22,859 nucleotides of DNA from Prasinococcaceae sp. CCMP 1430 (taxonomy: Eukaryota; Plantae; Prasinodermophyta): contig RQSC01000019.1 of assembly GCA_013416795.1 (NCBI GenBank), positions 39,962 through 62,820 on the forward strand, given 5' to 3'. The notes under the pieces are model-generated. The model was not told the DNA's origin. It did not search any database and was given only the letters and a program-made list of their open reading frames with translations. How positions within the stretch are numbered: position 1 is the stretch's first letter; the number at the start of each line of letters is the position of its first letter. A program made the translations under genes and the position numbers. This document shows positions 16,747 through 22,859 of the stretch, piece by piece.

Positions 16747-19700
16747 GCGCTCGCGGCGCGCGCGGCAGCGGCCGCCGCAGCGCACCGGCGCGAGCAGGGG
16801 GGGGGCGATGGCGGCGGCGAGGGAAGCGATGGCGGCGACCAGGTAGGTGTGCGCGACCGCCCAAACGAGCGAACGCGCATGCGAGAGATGCTGCTGTGGT
16901 GCGCGCGCGCACGCACACACTCACACTCACACACTCAATCACACACTCACACGCATACGCGCACGGGCACACGGTCACACTCGCGTGTGCGCCTGCGCCC
17001 AGGTCGATGCGGGTGCGCTCCTCGACAGCAGCGCTGCGCTGGCATCTGGTGGCGGTGCGGCACTCGTGTCCGCCCCGCGCAAGAAGGGCAGCAACGCGAG
17101 CAAGTCCCGGCCGGCCTCCGCGCGACCGCTGAGCAAGTCTGAGCGGCGCAAGCTGGAGAAGCTAGAAAAGGAGCGGCGGCTGCGCGCGCAGCGCGCGGCC
17201 GCGTTCGAAACGATGGCCGCCGCTGCGCTGCCGCGTGCGCACGCGGCGCTGCTGGCGCCCAGCGCGACCATGGGCAAGCGTGCCACGCGGCGCGAGGAGG
17301 CGCGGCGCGGCCTCGCGATGGAGCGCGCGGGCGTGGTCGAGGAGGATGCGCCGCACCTGAAGCGTAGGAAGATCGATGACGCAGGCGCCGACGCCAACGC
17401 CGACGCTGATGACCCCGAGCTCGCCGCTGCTGCCGCAGCGGCGGCGGCCGAGGCGGCCGCTTTCGCTGCGGCGGCGGCGGTGCCCGCTGCGGCGGCGCCG
17501 ATGCCTCTCACCGCCGACGTCGACCCCGACGCTGACGACTGGGACGCCGACGCGGATGGGGGCGGCGAGTTCGACGTGCCCGCCTTCCTTGCGGCACGCG
17601 CGGCGGAGGACGCCGCAGGCGACACGGTGGGGCGCGCCGGGGCGGAGCTGCTCGACAGGGACACCATACCCGCCAAGGCGTACCACAGGCCCGTAAAGGT
17701 GCGCGTGCGCGTGCGGAGGCGCATGCGCGTTTTTGCCGCCGCCAGCATCCAGGGCGCCTTTACCAATTCCGCCCCCTAGCGCCCCGGGAGGGGAAACTCT
17801 CGCGGGTGCCTCGCTACGGTGGGGGATGGATTAATGGCTTGGCCGCCGAGAGTGAGCGCGCCCCGCTTCGCATCTGGCGCGACGGCCAACGTCACCGCCG
17901 CGCCACTCCTCATCAGCGGGGCGCACACGCGCATGCGCGCACGCGCGCATGCGTGCGTGCACCGGCGCGCGCGCGCGAGGCGCGCGCGCCCGAGCTGTGT
18001 GCGTCTGCGAGTGCTAACCGTGCGAATTGCTTGCGCGCGTACGCACGCGCGCGCGCAGCGTCCCGCGGACGTCGAAGAGTCCCGTCAGGGGCTGCCAATT
18101 ATCGATATGGAGCAGGAGATCATGGAGGCCATTGCGGGCAATCTGGTGACGGTGCTGTGCGGCGCCACGGGCTCGGGCAAGACCACGCAGCTCCCGCAAT
18201 TCCTCTTCGAGGCAGGCTATGGCGACGCACAATGCGCGGCGCACCCCGGCGGCATTGCCGTCACGCAGCCGCGGCGCGTCGCCGCCTCGGCGGGCGCACG
18301 GCGCGTCGCCACAGAGATGGGACTCAAGCTCGGGGAGGAGGTCGGGTATCAGGTGCGTGGGCGAGTGGCCGCCGGCATGCACACGACCGTACTCGCATGT
18401 GCGAGAGTGTTGGGGGGAGCAGCGCGCGAGGGTGGGTGTACGTGTGAGCGTGTCGGTGTGTGGGTCTGTGGTGGGTAAGAGCGAGGCAGAGAGAGCGCGC
18501 GCCGCCGCCAGCATCCAGGGCGCCTTTACCAATTCCGCCCCCTAGCGCCCCGGGAGGGGAAACTCTCGCGGGTGCCTCGCTACGGTGGGGGATGGATTAA
18601 TGGCTTGGCCGCCGAGAGTGAGCGCGCCCCGCTTCGCATCTGGCGCGACGGCCAACGTCACCGCCGCGCCACTCCTCATCAGCGGGGCGCACACGCGCAT
18701 GCACGCACGCGCGCATGCGTGTGTGCACCGGCGCGCGCGTGCGCGCCCGCGCGCCGGTATGTGCTGTGCACTCACTACCTTTGTGTCACTGCACACGCGC
18801 GCACATACGCTCGCACTCGCGCATGCAGGTGCGTCACGATCGGCGGTGTGGTGACAAGCCCGCCATCAAATTCATGACCGACGGTCTGCTGCTTAAGGAG
18901 GTTGAGTCCGACTTGCTCCTGGAGAAGTATTCGGTGGTGATTATCGACGAGGCTCACGAGCGCACCTTGGGCACGGACGTGCTGCTCGGCCTGCTGAGCC
19001 GCGCGGTGCCGCTGCGCGCGCGCATGGCCGCGCAGGGCACGCCGCACCCAACGAGCGGTGCGAAGCTCACGCCGCTCCGGCTTGTCATCATGAGCGCCAC
19101 GCTCAGAGTTGAGGACTTCGCCGGCAACCGCGCGCTGTTCCCGCGTGCGCCGCCGGTGCTCAAGGTACCGGCGCGCCAATTTCCCGTGGGCATCCACTTC
19201 GCTCGCCGCACGGAGATGGACGACTACGTGCGCGAGGCGACGCGCGCGGTCTCGAAGATTCACCGCCGGCTGCCCGAGGGCGGCATCCTGGTCTTCCTCA
19301 CCGGCCGCTCTGAGGTCGAACGCGCGGCGTCAGCGACGCGGCGAGAGTTCAAGCGCAAGTCCGCACGCGACAGGCTCGCGGCTTTGGAGGAGGCTGAGAC
19401 GGGAGCGGACGCCGACGAGGAGACGGTTGTCCCGGGTGCGGCGGGGACCGCTGGCGCGGTCGCCCTCCGCGACGACGATGCCTTTGCGGCGGACGATGAC
19501 GCTGAGGCCGCTTGGGGGGACGAGGGCTCGGACGACGACTATGACGCGGGCGCGGATGACGACTTCGACGATGAGTTCCTCGGTGAGGACCTCATTGCGG
19601 AGGCGAACGAGGCACGCGAGCGAGCACGCGCGGAGGGCGGCCAGGACGACGAGGGAGCCGGGGAGGGTGGCGTGCACGTCCTCCCCCTGTACGCGCAGCT

Positions 19701-21537
19701 GCCGCCCTCGGCCCAGATGCGCGTGTTCAGGCCGCCACCCGACGGCAAGAGGCTCATTGTGTACGCCACCAACGTGGCGGAGACGTCTTTGACCATACCT
19801 GGCATCCGGTACGTCGTCGACTGCGGACGGCACAAGGAGCGTGTCTACAGCCGCGGCGGTGTGTCGAGCTTCGAGGTCGGTTGGATCTCCCGCGCGAGCG
19901 CCGAGCAGCGCGCGGGGCGCGCGGGGCGCACCGGGCCCGGCCACTGCTACCGCTTGTACTCGAGCGCGGTGTGCCAGGAGCTCAAGGAGCACTTCCCGCC
20001 CGCCATTGAGACGACCCCAGTGGACGGCGTAGCATTGCAGCTGCGTGCGATGGGCATCGACAGGGTCGAAAACTTCCCCTTCGCGACTCCCCCGCCGCCG
20101 CAGGCCATGGCCGAGGCACACGCGACGCTGCTGGCTGTCGGAGCCCTGCGGCGGCCGGACGGAGCACTGCCCGCCTCGGCCACATACTCATCGTCGGGAG
20201 CGCGCGAGGCTGTGCTCACAGTCGAGGGCCGCCGCATGGCAGGGCTGCCGGTGTCCCCCCGCGTGGCCAGGTGCCTGCTCGTGGCGCTGCGCGAGGGCGG
20301 CGCGGGCGTTGCCGCGCACGCGCTTCGGCTGGCGGCGGCGCTCTCGCACGAAAACCCATTCTTGCAGCAGATTGGGGCCGCGCCAGAGGCCGACGAGAAG
20401 GCCGCCAAGGCCGCGCGCAAGGCGGCAAAGCAGCGCCAGGCGCAGTACCAGCGCGAGGGTGGCGAAGCTGTGTCCGCAGCGGCTGCGCTGGCGGCGTACG
20501 AGGCGGAGGTTGGCACGGCAGCGCGCGGTGCTAAGGAGGCGTGGTGCGCGGAGCGCGCGCTGCGACCGACGGTGCTGGCTGAGGCCGCGGCGCTCGTTGA
20601 GCAGCTCGCCCGCTCGCTCCTTCGCGGTGCTGCGGGTAGCGGCCTGGACGCGGCAACGCTCGCGGCTGTGGAGGGCGCAACGGACGCGGCCGGCGCGGCG
20701 CGTGCGGCCTCGCGGCCTTCGGTGGCTGCGCTGCGCGCGCTGCGCCGCGCGGCGTGCGCAGGCTGGGCCGACCGCATTGCGAGACGCGCGCGGGCCACTG
20801 AAGGCATCGGTGACGGCGAGGGCATGGTCAGCGAGGAGGTGGCCAGGGCAGGCAAGGCCATTCGCTACATGACCACTGCCGCGGGTGCACCCGTCGCCTT
20901 CATGCATCCCAACTCGGTGCTCGCGCGCGCGGGCCCCGAGTTTGTCGTGTTCACAGGCGTCGTGAAGGGCGCCAAGCGCCCGTACCTCGAGTGCGCCACG
21001 CCCATCGAGGCCGACTGGCTTGCAGAGCTCGCACCGGGCATGGTCACCCTTGGATCGCCGCTCTCCGATCCGCCACCCCACTACGACGCGCGGCGCGACG
21101 AGGTGTGTTGCTTCCGTGAGGCCTCCCTCACAGCGCGAGGGTGGCTGCTTCCGAAGGCCGTGCGACCGATGCCCGACGAGACCAAGGCGCGCGCGGTGTT
21201 CGCCTGCGCGCTGCTGCAGGGCAGCGCCGCGCGCGCGCTACAATCTGCGGACTGGGACCGGCTGGCGGCAGGGGGGCTGCTCACGCCACCGGCGACGCTG
21301 GTGCGTCCGCACGCAATGACGGCCTCGCGATGCGCGGCACTGCTGGACGCCCTGCGGGCGCGGCACGTGCGCAGCGTGCGCGGGCTGGACGCGGCTCTGC
21401 GAGCGGACCGGAGTTACCTGCGGCGTGAAATGGCTATGTGGCTGCCGGACGGCGCGCCAAGGCAGCGCCTCCGCGCGAGCTGGCCACAGATCGTCAAGGA
21501 CATCGCGCGCACAGCCAAGGCGCTCCAGAGGGCGTGA
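16747..21537 (+). CDS. DHX37: DEAH-box RNA helicase DHX37/Dhr1 (SSU processome), 5'-partial; exons 16747-16842, 17003-17698, 18059-18352, 18829-21537
   Basis: N-terminal LSKSERRKLEKLEKE, then LPIIDMEQEIMEAI, GATGSGKTTQLPQFLFEAGY, IIDEAHER, MSATL, VLPLYAQL, ATNVAETSLTIPGIRYVVDCG and QRAGRAGRTGPGHCYRLYS. The C-terminal LSDPPPHYD..D.V.C segment is as in plant DHX37. Three phase-0 GT-AG introns (16843-17002, 17699-18058, 18353-18828); CTAAC branch site at 18014. Confidence 0.93.
17735..17973. repeat. Intronic non-coding element, copy 1 (DHX37 intron 17699-18058)
   Basis: Identical to 18501-18739 (offset 766) except at 17937 and 17956; the first 202 bp match perfectly. Confidence 0.97.
17858..17924 (-). 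ncRNA. Candidate structured RNA module (kink-turn / hammerhead-like core); second copy at 18624-18690
   Basis: On -: GCGCCCCGCU-GAU-GAG...CGA-AGCGGGGCGC gives a 10-bp stem, a 3-nt bulge, tandem G.A/A.G and a G-C pair. An inner stem UGGCGCG/CGCGCCA follows. Expression and strand are unproven. Confidence 0.35.
18501..18739. repeat. Intronic non-coding element, copy 2 (DHX37 intron 18353-18828)
   Basis: Same-orientation copy of 17735-17973. The flanking intron sequence on either side is unrelated. Confidence 0.97.
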
Positions 21538-21580
21538 GGGCGGCGGCGCTGCGCCCGGGCCGTCACAGTACAATACTTGT

Positions 21581-21591
21581 TGTAATTGTAA
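21581..21591 (+). terminator. Tandem TGTAA polyadenylation signals of DHX37
   Basis: TGTAA at 21581-21585 and 21587-21591, ~45 nt after the stop, in an AT-rich patch. Confidence 0.65.
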
Positions 21592-21899
21592 CATATCGCC
21601 TGTGGCAGACACTCGACCCCACGACCCTACTCGAGGCCGTGAGCTGCGGCGGGGCCGAGGCGAGCGAGTCACCAGCGTCTACCTGACGCGTGGACAAAGC
21701 AGATGCTTGGGCGGCGACGGTCGTGCAAACATGCGAGCGGAGGCGCTCAGACGCGCGTGCGGCGCTGCGTCATTGAAAGTTCTTCCTCTGGGCTTACGTG
21801 CGCGCGAGTTGCAACCAAGGCACGCGCTGCCGGTGGGTGTGGTCACGGGTGAAAGTGCGAGCTGCCTGTAGGAGCGTCGGTTGCGACAGTGGCCTTCTT

Positions 21900-22643
21900 C
21901 TAGTTCTCGCAAAAGAGGCTGAAAGGCTCGGTGACGGAGTTGCAAAGCCAGTCATCGCACACCAACTCGAAGTCGTGCAACGCCACCTCGAGCGTGATAT
22001 GCAGTAGGTCCTTATGGCACGTGTCGTGTGCCATCAGCACCGCCTGGAAGGCCGCCTTGCACGCGTCGGACGAGCAGTCGTCCACGCACGCGGAGTCGAG
22101 GATTGCAATGTCCGCGAGCTGCTTGTCAAGGTCGGCGCAGTCGGCGACAGGGGGGCAGACCTCAAGCTCCGGGTCGAACTGGCGGCCGATCTCGCACCCC
22201 TCAAAGCTGTCCTCGTAGATGTGGAATCTGGTCTCCGCCTCGATCGGCAGGTCGTGGTGGGAGCAGAAGTCGTGATGCGACTGCAGGATGACATAGTTCG
22301 TGGAGCACATACCATCCTCGTCCTCGCTGACGTTTGCCTGATCATACTCCGAGCAGTTGGCGTCCAGGTAGCCCAGGGCCGCCATCACGGGCGCCGTATT
22401 CGAGCAATTGATCGCGAAGCCCAATTCGTTCGCGAGGCACGCGCACGTCTCGCGCTGGCTCGCGACCTCGGGGCCGGGCGCGGTGGCCTCCGTCTTGATT
22501 TCGGCGCCGTGGTCGGCGCCGTGGTCGGCGCCGTGGTCGGCGCCGTGATCAGCGCGCGCGGCGGGGGCCGCAACGAGAAGCGCCACTGCCGCGGCGGCGG
22601 CCGCAACCTTGCCCGCGCGGGCAGCCTTGGAACGCGGCACCAT
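21900..22643 (-). CDS. Secreted Cys/His/Asp-rich protein with two internal repeats (putative metal-binding), 247 aa
   Basis: Start MVPRSK at 22643, signal peptide VAAAAAAVALLVAAPAARA, then (DHGA)4. Two repeats follow: CSTNYVILQSHHDFCSHHDLPIEAETRFHIYE and CKAAFQAVLMAHDTCHKDLLHITLEVALHDFE. No TM segment; stop TAG at 21902-21900. Confidence 0.8.
   Translation of the reverse strand: MVPRSKAARAGKVAAAAAAVALLVAAPAARADHGADHGADHGADHGAEIKTEATAPGPEVASQRETCACLANELGFAINCSNTAPVMAALGYLDANCSEYDQANVSEDEDGMCSTNYVILQSHHDFCSHHDLPIEAETRFHIYEDSFEGCEIGRQFDPELEVCPPVADCADLDKQLADIAILDSACVDDCSSDACKAAFQAVLMAHDTCHKDLLHITLEVALHDFELVCDDWLCNSVTEPFSLFCEN
22501..22550. repeat. 12-bp coding tandem repeat x4 (TCGGCGCCGTGG) encoding (DHGA)4
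   Basis: Units at 22501, 22513, 22525 and 22537 (the last with one substitution). Confidence 0.95.
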
Positions 22644-22859
22644 CTTGTTCTCGGGCGCGGGCGGCGACGTTTTGCACGAGGTGGCGGGGCTCGGAAGACC
22701 TTCAGGCCAACTTTCGGTTCTCTCGCGCGCGTGCACGCCTCGCTTGTCACGAAGGGACGGGCTTTGGCAGACGGAGTCGCGCTCGTCGGCTGCCCGGGGC
22801 TGGCAGGATGCGGGGGTGTGGGCGCCCGCCGGCCGCGCGCCCGCCAGCCGCCGGCGGCG

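Noticed and set aside
16538-17100. F-box-DHX37 fusion protein
   Set aside because: The two parts meet at a single-N scaffold junction and are in different frames.
17858-17924. SECIS element (AUGA/GA core)
   Set aside because: There is no apical AA motif, it is intronic and antisense, and no selenoprotein ORF lies upstream on that strand.
19380-19670. Long acidic insertion in the DHX37 RecA2 domain
   Set aside because: An acidic insertion at this position is a known feature of DHX37/Dhr1 orthologs.
4284-21537. Functional cluster of RNA-metabolism genes (RRN3, capping enzyme, DHX37)
   Set aside because: Orientations are mixed, unrelated genes are interspersed, and housekeeping genes are common in compact algal genomes; nothing supports co-regulation.

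Overview
This is eukaryotic, very GC-rich, gene-dense DNA from a photosynthetic green alga. The Rubisco activase-like gene and TGTAA poly(A)-type signals point to a chlorophyte or prasinophyte-grade alga; the species cannot be determined from the sequence alone. In order, the genes are: a Shisa-like Cys-rich type I membrane protein (-), a Rubisco activase-like fragment (+), MCM9 (+), RRN3 (-), a multi-pass membrane DnaJ protein with microsatellite-filled introns (+), a long low-complexity protein (+), mRNA capping enzyme (-), an F-box-like fragment (+), DHX37/DHR1 helicase (+) and a secreted Cys/His-repeat protein (-). Three assembly gaps (N at 1355, 10097-10511, N at 16746) and one gap-free suspicious junction (~1866-1870) truncate genes. 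The strongest unexplained signal is a 239-bp non-coding element present twice (2 mismatches) in consecutive DHX37 introns. It is highly structured: a consensus kink-turn / hammerhead-like CUGAUGAG...CGAA core on the antisense strand, and a hairpin-hinge-hairpin-ACA layout on the sense strand. Other notable signals are introns with no polypyrimidine tract but self-complementary repeat ends, a strong phase-0 bias, and an AT-rich island that may hide a spliced transcript. All family assignments come from motif recognition by eye; no database search or folding program was run.
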